Assembly (NCBI GenBank): GCA_049317525.1
Contig: JBMOIC010000008.1
Coordinates: 19,165 to 83,164, forward strand
Source: Bacteroidota bacterium
GTDB taxonomy: Bacteria; Bacteroidota; Ignavibacteria; Kapaibacteriales; UBA961
DNA: 64,000 nucleotides
Direction of reading: 5' to 3'
Shown here: in pieces, positions 1 through 9,941 of the stretch
How positions within the stretch are numbered: position 1 is the first letter of the stretch
Layout: every line of letters starts with the position of its first letter
Translations under genes and position numbers: made by a program
Notes under the pieces: model-generated
Seen by the model: the letters and a program-made list of their open reading frames with translations, nothing else
The model's database searches: none
What the model was told of the DNA's origin: nothing

Positions 1-1259
1 GATAGAGGAATAGTTGCTTGTGATTGTGCAGATATAGTTGGAACATATATTTGTTTTCCTGAGAGAGAAAATATACCTATAGATTGTATTTCATGCTGTG
101 CAGATTCAATATGAACGAATGATTCAGTTACACTAAATTTAATTGATTGATCAAAAAGTTTTTCATTATGTATTGCAGTGCTTGTAGGTTTCCATACATA
201 AAAGCCAGCTTCTGTGGCAGCATATACCAAAGTTTCACCATTTCTATTTATTGCAGATTTAATCATCCATACATTTTTTCTTGGTGGAATTCCTTGCATA
301 TTAGAAAACCATGGAATTTGACTTGAATAATATGTTGGTGAGAATACATTGATTTGAGATTGAATAATAAATCCAGGGCCAGGAATATTTTCCGAAGCAT
401 CAGAGTATCCACCAATAAATAATTCTTCATTGCCATTTTGATATGGTGCAGTACATAAAGACCAAAAGCTAGTATCTTTACTGCCGAATTCATTCCATGT
501 TTCACCGCCATCTGTGGTTTTATAGATACCCCCATTTGGTTTATTTTTAGGAAGAAAATAGGCTATAATAGCAAATCCAATTGAAGGATTTTTTTTACTA
601 AACACAATCTTAGGTATTTCTGAATCACCTTTTTCTCTAATACTTGCTACTGTTCTCCATGAAGAACCCGCATCGGTAGACTTTTTTATTATGCCTAATT
701 TACAGCCGGCAAAAAGTACATTTGAACTATCTGGTTTTAATGTTAATGTACATAATCCAGATACATTTAAGGTAGTTATGGTATCCCATGAAATGCCACC
801 ATTCATGCTCCTAAAAATTCTATTAGATGTATTATCTCCAGCATAAATCATCAAAGGATTATCGGGATTTTCTATGATTGTTTCACCAGGAGATATAAAT
901 AATGGTTTTTCAGGTTCGAAAACATTCTCCCAAGTTATCCCTTGATCTGTACTTCTTCTGATACTATTAAAAACGCCACCAGCCAATACAATATTTGTAT
1001 CAACCGAAGAAATAAGGATATTTGTTAACTGAGAAGAACCACTTCTAAATTCAATACTATCTATTGTCCAACTTAAACCACCATTTTGAGTTTTATATAG
1101 TGTTCTTCCTAATCCCCCAACTATTATTGTTTCAGGATTTTTAGGATTGATGCCAATTCCATATACAGGAGAATCTAAAAGTCTTTTCCAAGATCCAGAA
1201 ACTTGTGCATCTAGGATAGTGAAAGAAGCAAAAAGGAGAACACAAATAAAGTATATCAT
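1..1259 (-). CDS. Secreted BNR/Asp-box repeat protein with T9SS-type C-terminal sorting domain (partial; C-terminal end runs off the left edge)
   Basis: Absent from the ORF track because it is open at the window edge. My translation of the minus strand from the ATG at 1259..1257 gives MIYFICVLLFASFTILDAQVSGSWKRLL... (signal peptide). Repeated Asp-box-like motifs follow (KTQNGGLSW, RSTDQGITW, RSMNGGISW, KSTDAGSSW, KTTDGGETW). The tail ...FVHIESAQHEIQSIGIFSLSGKQIYVPTISAQSQATIPL resembles a T9SS CTD. No stop seen in this frame. Confidence 0.7.
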   Translation of the reverse strand, partial: MIYFICVLLFASFTILDAQVSGSWKRLLDSPVYGIGINPKNPETIIVGGLGRTLYKTQNGGLSWTIDSIEFRSGSSQLTNILISSVDTNIVLAGGVFNSIRRSTDQGITWENVFEPEKPLFISPGETIIENPDNPLMIYAGDNTSNRIFRSMNGGISWDTITTLNVSGLCTLTLKPDSSNVLFAGCKLGIIKKSTDAGSSWRTVASIREKGDSEIPKIVFSKKNPSIGFAIIAYFLPKNKPNGGIYKTTDGGETWNEFGSKDTSFWSLCTAPYQNGNEELFIGGYSDASENIPGPGFIIQSQINVFSPTYYSSQIPWFSNMQGIPPRKNVWMIKSAINRNGETLVYAATEAGFYVWKPTSTAIHNEKLFDQSIKFSVTESFVHIESAQHEIQSIGIFSLSGKQIYVPTISAQSQATIPL

Positions 1260-1270
1260 ATAAGTAGTTA

Positions 1271-2161
1271 TTACTTTTGTTTAAAAGGGGTTAATGCTAT
1301 TCTATCAAAAAATTGTTTGATATGTAGTTCTGAATCTTGAGAATTGATTGAATAATTCCAAAAATATTCAATATCGCCCTTACCTGCTGCTAATTGCATT
1401 GCTCCCTGTGATTTATGTTCAGCAATAACAAGATTAGCAATAATTGAATAATTAAGTTTATTATTATATCCAAAACTTTGATTTCTATTGAATTGAGCAC
1501 TTGGAAATTCATTTTTAACTGCAGTTATTGGGTAAGTCTGTAATCCAAAAAATGGCTCTGGTTTAATAGCAGTTGAATCTGCAAGTGAACATCCTATAAT
1601 AACAGGTTTACTTTTTGATTGGAACTCTTGTAAAGCAGATAAAGCCAATATTGTAGCTGCTTTATGATGTCCATGTGTTGAATTTGTTGGAAGCAAAGTA
1701 AAGATGAAATCATAGTGTTTAGTAGATAATACTTGTTGAATTCGCCTTTTAATTAAGGTAGTATCCCAAACATAATGTAATACAGAATCAGCATCTAAAG
1801 TGTAGTATGTGTCTTTTTGATCTAGAAAATAATAATCTCTTAAACCTAGAATAGCACCTCCGGACATCAATTCTTTTTTTCTTATAGAAGGTAGATATTC
1901 TCTTCCAATAGCTTCTTTTGTTAATTCAATATGATAGATATCTTGGGCAATACTAGAATACTTGTATCCTGCCTCGCCATTGGTAATAACGATAATATCA
2001 GCTTTACCATTAAGATCATGAGTTATTTTATAGATAGTAGCCGCAAATCCAGTTTCATCATCAGGATGAGCAGTAATTATTAAAACTGAAGGATTTTGAG
2101 AATACATTTTTGCATACATTGTAAGCAAAATAAATATGGCAATATGTATTGTAGTTTTCAT
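1271..2161 (-). CDS. PIG-L/LmbE family deacetylase with N-terminal signal peptide
   Basis: 296 aa. Has the ITAHPDDETGFAATIYK (AHPDDE) motif and a later THGHHKAA His cluster. The N-terminus MKTTIHIAIFILLTMYAKMYSQ is hydrophobic. It lies 11 nt upstream of the BNR gene on the same strand. Confidence 0.8.
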   Translation of the reverse strand: MKTTIHIAIFILLTMYAKMYSQNPSVLIITAHPDDETGFAATIYKITHDLNGKADIIVITNGEAGYKYSSIAQDIYHIELTKEAIGREYLPSIRKKELMSGGAILGLRDYYFLDQKDTYYTLDADSVLHYVWDTTLIKRRIQQVLSTKHYDFIFTLLPTNSTHGHHKAATILALSALQEFQSKSKPVIIGCSLADSTAIKPEPFFGLQTYPITAVKNEFPSAQFNRNQSFGYNNKLNYSIIANLVIAEHKSQGAMQLAAGKGDIEYFWNYSINSQDSELHIKQFFDRIALTPFKQK

Positions 2162-2212
2162 TATGTATTATCATTAAATAATTGAATTAGATGCAAATTG
2201 CAAAAAAGACAT

Positions 2213-2243
2213 AAAAAAAGCCTGAGTTCTTTTAGAATCAGGC
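2213..2243 (-). terminator. Rho-independent terminator downstream of the ECF sigma gene
   Basis: Minus strand reads gcctgattct-aaa-agaa(c)tcaggc followed by T7. Confidence 0.7.
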
Positions 2244-2264
2244 TATTCTTATTATGTTCTTTTA

Positions 2265-2987
2265 TTAATTACCATCTAATGAGTCATAAAGCTCTTGTAA
2301 ATGCTTTCGTAAATGAAGAACTGCATATCTTTTTCTTGCAAGAAGAGTATTGATATTAACACCAGTTTCTTCGCTCATTTCACGAAAAGAAACACCTTCA
2401 AATTCATTTTTAACGAAAACTTCTCTTTGTTCACTTGGAAGTTCAGCTAAACCTTCTAATACTGCTTCCCAAATAGTTTTTCTTAATAAATCGCTGTCTG
2501 GAGTATGAGAAATATCACTGATAAAATTCTCGAAAGAATCCATTCCATCTTCAATTTGGCCGGCAGTATACATATCAGAAAAAGTTTCTGATCTTTTCTT
2601 GCGATAAGAATCAATAATACGATTTCTTACCGCAGTGAAAACCCAAGATGCTATATTTTCTATAGGTTTTTGTACATGAGCCGAGGCTGCAAGTACATTA
2701 GTAAAAACATCTTGTAGAATATCTTCAGCTTCTTCTTGGCTACGGACACGTTGACGAATAAATCCAAGAAACTTTTTGCGATCTGTTTTAAACAGATTTT
2801 CGATTTGCAGTGCTAAATCCATGTTTTCCTTTCCTTTAAAGACTATGGTAGAAACTGTTTGAATTTCTTGAGGTTGTCCAAAACGATCATCATCATAATA
2901 AACATTCGCTGGTTTTGTAGTTTCAAAACCAGTCACGGCTCCTTTAAGCACATCTTCGACATGAGTTTTTTCTGTAAGAGCAATCAT
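2265..2987 (-). CDS. ECF-type RNA polymerase sigma-70 family factor (start uncertain: ATG at 2987, or ATG at 2822 giving about 185 aa)
   Basis: Region 2-like EAEDILQDVFTNV...WVFTAVRNRIIDSYRKKR. Region 4-like LPSEQREVFVKNEFEGVSFREMSEETGVNINTLLARKRYAVLHLR. A 55-codon in-frame extension precedes the canonical-looking start MDLALQIENLF. Confidence 0.85.
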   Translation of the reverse strand: MIALTEKTHVEDVLKGAVTGFETTKPANVYYDDDRFGQPQEIQTVSTIVFKGKENMDLALQIENLFKTDRKKFLGFIRQRVRSQEEAEDILQDVFTNVLAASAHVQKPIENIASWVFTAVRNRIIDSYRKKRSETFSDMYTAGQIEDGMDSFENFISDISHTPDSDLLRKTIWEAVLEGLAELPSEQREVFVKNEFEGVSFREMSEETGVNINTLLARKRYAVLHLRKHLQELYDSLDGN

Positions 2988-3202
2988 AGTGTTGAACTAA
3001 AAAAATGTAAAAAAAATGATATGAACTATTTGGTGGCTATATGCCAACCACATAAAAGCAGTAACAAATTTGTACCATTCAATCCTGTAAAAGTGAAGAA
3101 ATTATGTATGCCATGTATTCAGAGTGTGACAATTTGACTTTGGTTTAACAATTGATATAACTTTTTGTCATATTAGGCCTGTCATATTTACAGGCTTTGT
3201 CA

Positions 3203-4870
3203 TTAATCTCTTGTGATAGGTACCAAAGGAATTTTTATGCCAAAGTTTTTAGCATTAGAGATCGCTCTTGAATATCCTGCATCTGTATGCCTTAGAATTC
3301 CCATGAGTGGATCGTATGTTAATACTCTGTTAAGTCTTTTTTCTGCATCTTTGGTTCCATCAGCAACAATAACCATTCCGGAGTGTAATGATAAGCCCAT
3401 GCCAACTCCTCCACCTTGATGAAGAGAAACCCAAGTTGCACCTCCAAGAGTATTTAGAGCAAAATTAAGGTACACCCAATCTGCAATTGCATCAGAGCCA
3501 TCAAGCATAGATTCGGTTTCTCGAAAAGGAGAAGCAACCGAGCCACAATCTAGATGATCTCTTCCAATAACTATCGGTGCAGATACTTTACCTGACGCAA
3601 CCAAATCATTAAATAGTTTTCCTGCTTTTGCTCTTTCTCCATAGCTAAGCCAGCATATTCGGGCTGGTAGGCCTTGATAACCAATTCTACTTTGAGCATT
3701 TTTAATCCATCTATGAAGGCCATCATTGTGAGGGAATAAACCCATAATGGCATCATCGGTTACAGCAATATCTTCAGGATCTCCAGAAAGGGCCACCCAT
3801 CTGAATGGACCATTACCATCACAGAATAATTGTCTTACATAAGCTGGAACAAAACCTGGAAAATCGAAAGCATTTTGAACACCCGCATTATCTTTTGCGA
3901 TGCCCCTGATATTATTTCCATAATCAAAAACAATAGATCCAGCTTTTTGGAATGCAATCATTGCTTTTACATGCTCGCCGATAGAGTGATAGCTTTTTTT
4001 AAGATATTCTTCAGGATTTTCAACTCTAAGAATATCTGCTTCTTCTTTTGATAGGCCTGCTGGATAATAACCATGCAAAGGATCATGGGCAGCAGTTTGA
4101 TCTGTAACAATATCCGGTATGATACCTCTATTCAGCATTTCAGGTAAAATTTCGGCAGCATTTCCAATTAATCCTATTGACATAGCTGTGCGATTTTTCT
4201 TACAGTTTTCTACAAGTGTAAGGGCTTCTGTTAAAGAAGAAAGTTTGACATCGCAATATCCGTCTTTTATACGTTTATCGATTCTAGATTCATCGATCTC
4301 TATACATAGTGCAACTGCTCCATTAAAAGTAGCAGCTAGTGGTTGAGCACCACCCATACCACCTAATCCAGCGGTAAGTATAAAAGTTCCAAACAAATCT
4401 CCGCCAAAATGTTGTCGGGCACATTCAGCAAATGTTTCATATGTTCCTTGAACAATGCCTTGGGTTCCAATATATATCCAACTTCCAGCTGTCATTTGAC
4501 CATACATCATCAGGCCTAATTCATCTAATCGACGGAATTCATCCCAATTAGCCCATTTGCCTACTAGATTAGAATTAGCAATAATTACCCTTGGCGCTTG
4601 TTCATGTGTTGGTACAATACCAACAGGCTTGCCAGACTGTACAAGCAAAGTTTCATCGGGATTCATGTGTTGTAAAGATTCCAAAATTGCATCTAAAGAA
4701 TCCCAATTTCTGGCAGCTTTGCCAAGGCCACCATAAACGATAAGCTTTTCAGGATGTTCTGCAACTGCTGGGTCTAAATTATTTTGAATCATTCTATATG
4801 CGGCTTCAATCTGCCAGTTTTTGCAGGTTAATTGCGAGCCATGAGGAGATTGAATTATTCTTGAAGACAT
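3203..4870 (-). CDS. hutU: Urocanate hydratase
   Basis: The full-length urocanase pattern is present: [65 protein letters not shown]. The ORF track starts at a TTG (4882); the ATG at 4870 (MSSRII...) is more likely. Confidence 0.95.
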   Translation of the reverse strand: MSSRIIQSPHGSQLTCKNWQIEAAYRMIQNNLDPAVAEHPEKLIVYGGLGKAARNWDSLDAILESLQHMNPDETLLVQSGKPVGIVPTHEQAPRVIIANSNLVGKWANWDEFRRLDELGLMMYGQMTAGSWIYIGTQGIVQGTYETFAECARQHFGGDLFGTFILTAGLGGMGGAQPLAATFNGAVALCIEIDESRIDKRIKDGYCDVKLSSLTEALTLVENCKKNRTAMSIGLIGNAAEILPEMLNRGIIPDIVTDQTAAHDPLHGYYPAGLSKEEADILRVENPEEYLKKSYHSIGEHVKAMIAFQKAGSIVFDYGNNIRGIAKDNAGVQNAFDFPGFVPAYVRQLFCDGNGPFRWVALSGDPEDIAVTDDAIMGLFPHNDGLHRWIKNAQSRIGYQGLPARICWLSYGERAKAGKLFNDLVASGKVSAPIVIGRDHLDCGSVASPFRETESMLDGSDAIADWVYLNFALNTLGGATWVSLHQGGGVGMGLSLHSGMVIVADGTKDAEKRLNRVLTYDPLMGILRHTDAGYSRAISNAKNFGIKIPLVPITRD

Positions 4871-4942
4871 TTTTATATCCAAGTTTTACAATGTATATGC
4901 GAAAAATATAATGATCAAAACTCAATACTATCAGAAAAAGTT

Positions 4943-6715
4943 CTATTTAAGTGCCGAAGGAAATGATAAGAAAGGTGGTTTAGGGAAATCACCTTCTAAA
5001 GGTCGTAGTTCAATATCTTCGAATAATATATCAGGAACCAACAGAGAAGCTGAAACAAATTGAGATCCACCCGTCATAAATGCTGATACAACAGCTGGTG
5101 CAAGATAATTATAAGGATGATGTTTTTTTCCTATCATCAAAATATCTTTAAAAGTAGCAGGTGACATGCCAGCAATTTCAGAGCCTCTGATTCTTTCTTC
5201 TTTGCCATCGGGATATATTCGATATGCTTCTAATACTGTTAATTTAGAATCTCCTTGAGCATAAGGAAATTCCCCAGATGTTTGTTCATAGAGCACAGTA
5301 TACAATAGATTTATATTCAATACTTTTTTTACGATTATTCCATAGGGTAAATCACGGTCTTTACAAAGCTTTAGCATTCGTTTTTTTAAAGCTTCTGATT
5401 CACCTTCTTTCTTTTTATCAACACTCATTAGGTGTAAGACACTAAAAATTGGCGCACCACCTCGTGAATGGCCATTAGATGTTTTTACTCTTTTTGTAGG
5501 TGTTCTGCCACTTAACAATGTTTTTAAATATCCTTTTTCAATGATTGAAACTGTTTGCGCTGGTATTCCTTCATCATCAATACGATATGATCCTATTAAA
5601 GATGAAGATCCATTAGAAGACATTAATGGATTATCTTGGACAGATAAAAACTCTGGTAGAACTCTACCACCAATTTTATTCTGAAAAGCAGAATTTCTTT
5701 CATTATCTTGAACACCTCTCTCTGTTAAAGGAGGCCTTTGCGCAATAAGATTAGGGGCAAATATCTGGGCAAATACTTCTGCAGCAGCTTGTCCTTCAAA
5801 GAGTATAGGGCCTGAATATGGCTCTGATAATGATTGTGCTTCATATGCCGAAACAAGAGATTTTGCTGTTTGCTCTGTAGCCCTAAATAATGAATCATTA
5901 TTTGGTAATTCCTTTACTGAATTAGCATAACAATGGTATGCTGACGCTATAGGCATACCATCTTTACATTGCGTAGATGCAACAACTTCTATTCCAATCA
6001 TCTGCTTAGTTTTTACATATTCTCTACCTTCGCTATTCACATATAAGATTGTTTCTGGCAAAAACTCAGCACTAACAGAACTCAATGAAATCTGTGGATA
6101 ATTGATAAAAATTGATGATAATTTTTTAACTAGATCTTGATAATCAGAAAAATTAATTGTTGAAAATGAAGCAGTATCTGCAACAATTGCAGGAGGCATT
6201 AATGCAAAATCAGGTGTTGAATCTGTTCTTAATCTATTTTTTAATGAAGCTTCTTTTTTGGAGTATAGTTCTGCACATTGTTTATAACATGCATCGGTTG
6301 CTAACCATAATTCTCTGCGAAGAGAACTATAATCAGGCTCTAAAGGAATTCGCCTATTTTTAAAGGATTCTTCATCATCTCCACTTCCAAAAAAACCTAA
6401 AGCAGCATCAAAATAATTTGTATTATCAAATTTCTCATTACCTACCCTCATTCCCACAGTAATTGATGCTCCATCTATATCTTTAGTTGATACCAATCCA
6501 CCTAAAGTAGCTTTTGCAGATTCTGTATGACGCAATGTGATTGCATATTCAAGATAATATGGCTTTTGAAGATTATTAACATGCAGCTTTTGCACAGATC
6601 TTTGTATTTCATCTCTCATCGCCCTGATCAGTTCTTGATGAGATATTGCAGAGAACATAGTTGCTAAAGGACAAATTATCAATAGCAATGAAATATAGAT
6701 AGAATGTAGTGACAT
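4943..6715 (-). CDS. TldD/PmbA-family metallopeptidase-like protein with predicted signal peptide
   Basis: 590 aa. TldD/PmbA-like blocks include YYLEYAITLRH, IDDEGIPAQTVSIIEKGYLKTLL and GHSRGG. N-terminus is MSLHSIYISLLLIICPLATMFSA. Confidence 0.65.
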   Translation of the reverse strand: MSLHSIYISLLLIICPLATMFSAISHQELIRAMRDEIQRSVQKLHVNNLQKPYYLEYAITLRHTESAKATLGGLVSTKDIDGASITVGMRVGNEKFDNTNYFDAALGFFGSGDDEESFKNRRIPLEPDYSSLRRELWLATDACYKQCAELYSKKEASLKNRLRTDSTPDFALMPPAIVADTASFSTINFSDYQDLVKKLSSIFINYPQISLSSVSAEFLPETILYVNSEGREYVKTKQMIGIEVVASTQCKDGMPIASAYHCYANSVKELPNNDSLFRATEQTAKSLVSAYEAQSLSEPYSGPILFEGQAAAEVFAQIFAPNLIAQRPPLTERGVQDNERNSAFQNKIGGRVLPEFLSVQDNPLMSSNGSSSLIGSYRIDDEGIPAQTVSIIEKGYLKTLLSGRTPTKRVKTSNGHSRGGAPIFSVLHLMSVDKKKEGESEALKKRMLKLCKDRDLPYGIIVKKVLNINLLYTVLYEQTSGEFPYAQGDSKLTVLEAYRIYPDGKEERIRGSEIAGMSPATFKDILMIGKKHHPYNYLAPAVVSAFMTGGSQFVSASLLVPDILFEDIELRPLEGDFPKPPFLSFPSALK

Positions 6716-6768
6716 GTAATAATCTTAGAAAACAGAAAAAACAATGATTATATGTATTTATACCTTTA

Positions 6769-6776
6769 CAAAGATA
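6769..6776 (-). promoter_or_regulatory. Candidate FCB-type -7 promoter box (TAtcTTTG on minus strand) upstream of the TldD-like gene
   Basis: Plus strand caaagata is the reverse complement of TAnnTTTG. It lies 54 nt upstream of the ATG at 6715. Confidence 0.3.
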
Positions 6777-6795
6777 CAAACCTGATAGGGTACAA

Positions 6796-7500
6796 TTATC
6801 TTGAAGCAGAATTTGAATGTAAATATTTTCTTAATTGGACAATTCTCCTTACCGGATTAACACCTTTTGTATACAATACAGATTCGTTTTTTATCATGCC
6901 AATCCCTTTAGAAAGCCATACATTGTTTTCGAATATACCACCATTTGGTCCTGGAGTTTTAGAGAAATAATGATAGCAAGTAAAAGTACCTGCTGGCACT
7001 GATATCAATGCTGCAGTATCTTTTACAATTACATTTACGCCATTTGCACTGTATTTCTCATTGTTATAAGCAGGATATTTATATGTAAGACTAAATACAG
7101 GCATAGAAGTAGTGTCTTGTGGGTCTTGGGCCCAACTATAAATTCCTTTTTCACGAGGAGTATACCAAGTGCCACCTTTTTGTACAGATAATGTTCTGAT
7201 TAATGAGCAAGGACTACTATCTAATTGAGTACTACCATGTACATATAAAGTATCTGCCTGAGGAAATGGAAATTCTTGATTAGGCTCTAGAAATCTACCA
7301 GTTGAAATATCCTGATATGAAATATCAAAAAACCACATATTCCCCTCCGAAAGTGGAATTAGCAAGGAATCATAAGGATTAATTGTATGAATAGCTGATT
7401 GTTTTTCAAGAGGGCCAATCGTATTGATAGCTGCTTTTTTTGAGATATCAGAGCAAGACATCAGAATAAAAATTATGCTTAGAATAGAAGATACTTTCAT
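6796..7500 (-). CDS. Hypothetical lipoprotein
   Basis: The internal ATG at 7500 gives MKVSSILSIIFILMSCSD, a lipobox-like L-M-S-C. I recognise no family. The longer ORF to 7548 is probably an over-extension. Confidence 0.5.
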   Translation of the reverse strand: MKVSSILSIIFILMSCSDISKKAAINTIGPLEKQSAIHTINPYDSLLIPLSEGNMWFFDISYQDISTGRFLEPNQEFPFPQADTLYVHGSTQLDSSPCSLIRTLSVQKGGTWYTPREKGIYSWAQDPQDTTSMPVFSLTYKYPAYNNEKYSANGVNVIVKDTAALISVPAGTFTCYHYFSKTPGPNGGIFENNVWLSKGIGMIKNESVLYTKGVNPVRRIVQLRKYLHSNSASR

Positions 7501-7593
7501 AGAAGATTCGATACATACGTGAAAAATATGAGTAGATTGAAAAATCACCTGAATTTTTTATGAATAAAGAGAAAAAAAAGCAGGTGTTCTCCT

Positions 7594-7601
7594 TATTTTT
7601 G
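7594..7601 (+). promoter_or_regulatory. Candidate FCB-type -7 promoter box (TAttTTTG) upstream of the PLP enzyme/SEDS operon
   Basis: Exact TAnnTTTG match 28 nt upstream of the ATG at 7629. Confidence 0.35.
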
Positions 7602-7628
7602 TTACTAAAATAATCTCTTATAGATCAA

Positions 7629-8801
7629 ATGAAACAATCAAATAACCGCAGCTCAGATTATACATATTCACCAAGCACTCTGTGTGTTCATGAGGGTACT
7701 TTAAGAGACCCAATAAGTGGAGGCGTGAATACTCCGATTTTTCCTTCTTCTGCTATAGATTATAGAACGAAAGATATTCGATATCCAAGAAATTTCAATA
7801 CTCCAAATAATGATGCTGTTGCTAAAAAATTAGCAACATTAGAAGGCACCGAAAAAGCTTTAATACTAAGCTCTGGCATGGCAGCTATTTCTATTGGCAT
7901 TATGGCTTTGGTTAAGCCTGGAGAACATATCGTATTTCAAAAAGATCTCTATGGTGGTACACTTGCTTTTATAGAGCAAGAATTACCAAAAAGAAATATT
8001 TCCTACACCTTTGTAGATGCCACTAACATTGATGAGCTAAAAGAAGCAATTACCGAACAAACAGCATTAATATATATTGAGACACCTTCTAATCCTTTGC
8101 TTAATATTATTGATATCAAGTCTGTAACTCATATTGCAAAACATTGTAAGATAAAAACAATGATTGATAATACTTTTGCTTCACCTATCAATCAGAATCC
8201 AGCTCAATTAGGTTGTGATCTAATTATGCATAGTGCAACTAAATATCTTGGTGGACATAGCGACTTTTGTGCTGGGGCATTAGCTGGTTCATCAGACATA
8301 ATTGAACAATGTAGATTTTTAGGTACAATGTATGGGTGTTCTCTTAATGCAAGTGATTTAGCATTATTAGAAAGAAGCATGAAAACACTTGCTATCAGAG
8401 TTGAAAAACACAATCATAATGCAATGGAAATTGCACATTATTTACAAAATCATCCGGCTATAAGTACAGTATATTTTCCAGGACTTATAACTCATCCAGG
8501 GCATACAATAGCAAAAGAGCAAATGCATGGATTTGGCGGCATGATGTCTTTTGAGCTTAACACAGAAAATCAATCTGCAATATCCCGTTTTCTAGATTCA
8601 CTCAATATTATCATTCCTGCTGGTAGTCTTGGTGGAGTAGAATCATTAATTACTTCTCCAGCACTTACTTCTCATAAACTCATTGGAGAACATGGACGGC
8701 AATCTTATGGTATTAAAGATAATCTATTAAGGCTTTCTGTTGGAATAGAGAATATTGAAGATTTAATCAATGATTTATCCTTTGCATTAAAAGATATATG
8801 A
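7629..8801 (+). CDS. Trans-sulfuration (Cys/Met metabolism) PLP-dependent enzyme; cystathionine beta-lyase, gamma-synthase or methionine gamma-lyase family
   Basis: 390 aa. Has the HSATKYLGGHSD PLP-lysine motif and the family-typical LRLSVGIE near the C-terminus. Confidence 0.85.
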   Translation: MKQSNNRSSDYTYSPSTLCVHEGTLRDPISGGVNTPIFPSSAIDYRTKDIRYPRNFNTPNNDAVAKKLATLEGTEKALILSSGMAAISIGIMALVKPGEHIVFQKDLYGGTLAFIEQELPKRNISYTFVDATNIDELKEAITEQTALIYIETPSNPLLNIIDIKSVTHIAKHCKIKTMIDNTFASPINQNPAQLGCDLIMHSATKYLGGHSDFCAGALAGSSDIIEQCRFLGTMYGCSLNASDLALLERSMKTLAIRVEKHNHNAMEIAHYLQNHPAISTVYFPGLITHPGHTIAKEQMHGFGGMMSFELNTENQSAISRFLDSLNIIIPAGSLGGVESLITSPALTSHKLIGEHGRQSYGIKDNLLRLSVGIENIEDLINDLSFALKDI

Positions 8802-9916
8802 CAAAAGAATCTGAAATACCTGGAAGATTAGATTGGCTTATTCTTCTTATTATGACTGCATTATTAATGTTCAGTGTTCCCATTGTATATAGTGCAAGCT
8901 CTACAATAGGATTTACTAAATATGGGTCAAGTGAAAAATTTTTAATGTCACAAGTATTAAGAGTATTCATTGCTTTAGGTATTACAATTTTAGCCTCCAG
9001 AATAGACTATCATAGATACAAGTCTATGAATAAGAAGATTTTATATTCAGGTATATCATTATTATTACTTGTATTTGTAATGGGTTCTAAAATGAAAGGA
9101 GCATCTAGATGGTTAAATCTTGGTGCATTCTCTTTTCAACCTTCTGAATATGCAAAATTTGCATTGGTGATATTTTTAGCAGCATGGCTTTCAGATAATC
9201 AAGATAGATTAAACAATTTTAAAGAGGGCATTGTACCAGCTTTACTATCAATTGGAATTGTATGCGGTTTAATATTCTTACAGCCTAATTTTTCAACAGC
9301 TACGATTATAGGCTGTATCTCTATAATGATATTATATGCAGGAAATATCCCGACAAGATTTCTAGGTTTTATTGGATTATTTTCTGGAATTGGTATCGCA
9401 ATTTATGGCATTAGTGCTCCGTATCGCGTCAAAAGATTATTGTCATATATTGGGTCTGACTCAGCAACCAAAGATTCAAATCATCAATTAAAACAAGCAA
9501 TATTAGCCTTTGGTAATGGTGGGTTTTTAGGTGTTGGGGCTGGCCAAAGCCATATGCGCGATTTATTTTTACCTGAAAGTTATGGCGATTTTATTTCGGC
9601 TATTATTGGAGAAGAATATGGCTTTATTGGCATAATGTTCATAATGGCTTTATTTATCATATTTACTTTAAGGGGTTTACGTATTGCTAAACATGCTCCA
9701 GATAAATTTGGTAGTTTATTGGCTTTTGGTATTACAATAACAATTTCTATTTATGCATTTGTAAATATAGGCGTCAACTGCGGTATTTTACCTACAACTG
9801 GACTACCATTACCATTTTTAAGTTATGGTGGAACAGCTGTCATTCTTTCAGCTATCGCAGTAGGAATACTCTTAAATATTTCTTCCCAAGCGGGATTATT
9901 CCCAGCAAAAAAATAA
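8798..9916 (+). CDS. SEDS family peptidoglycan polymerase (FtsW/RodA/SpoVE)
   Basis: 372 aa, multi-TM. Contains GASRWLNLGAFSFQPSEYAKF, LQPNFSTA, GLGAGQS-like GVGAGQSHMRDLFLPESYGDFI and PFLSYGGTAV. Its start overlaps the upstream stop (ATGA at 8798..8801). Confidence 0.85.
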   Translation: MTKESEIPGRLDWLILLIMTALLMFSVPIVYSASSTIGFTKYGSSEKFLMSQVLRVFIALGITILASRIDYHRYKSMNKKILYSGISLLLLVFVMGSKMKGASRWLNLGAFSFQPSEYAKFALVIFLAAWLSDNQDRLNNFKEGIVPALLSIGIVCGLIFLQPNFSTATIIGCISIMILYAGNIPTRFLGFIGLFSGIGIAIYGISAPYRVKRLLSYIGSDSATKDSNHQLKQAILAFGNGGFLGVGAGQSHMRDLFLPESYGDFISAIIGEEYGFIGIMFIMALFIIFTLRGLRIAKHAPDKFGSLLAFGITITISIYAFVNIGVNCGILPTTGLPLPFLSYGGTAVILSAIAVGILLNISSQAGLFPAKK

Positions 9917-9941
9917 TTCTCTTTTCATTTGTGGAACTACT

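Noticed and set aside
263-535. 90-aa minus-strand ORF from the track inside the first 1.26 kb
   Set aside because: It lies in a different frame of the same strand as the much longer edge-open BNR/T9SS ORF (1..1259). That ORF has clear repeat motifs and a signal peptide. The 90-aa product has no recognisable features.
3177-3195. Hairpin gcctgt-N7-acaggc just downstream of the hutU stop, as a terminator
   Set aside because: The stem is only 6 bp. On the hutU (minus) strand it is not followed by a U-tract. It may still act weakly, but I cannot support calling it a terminator.
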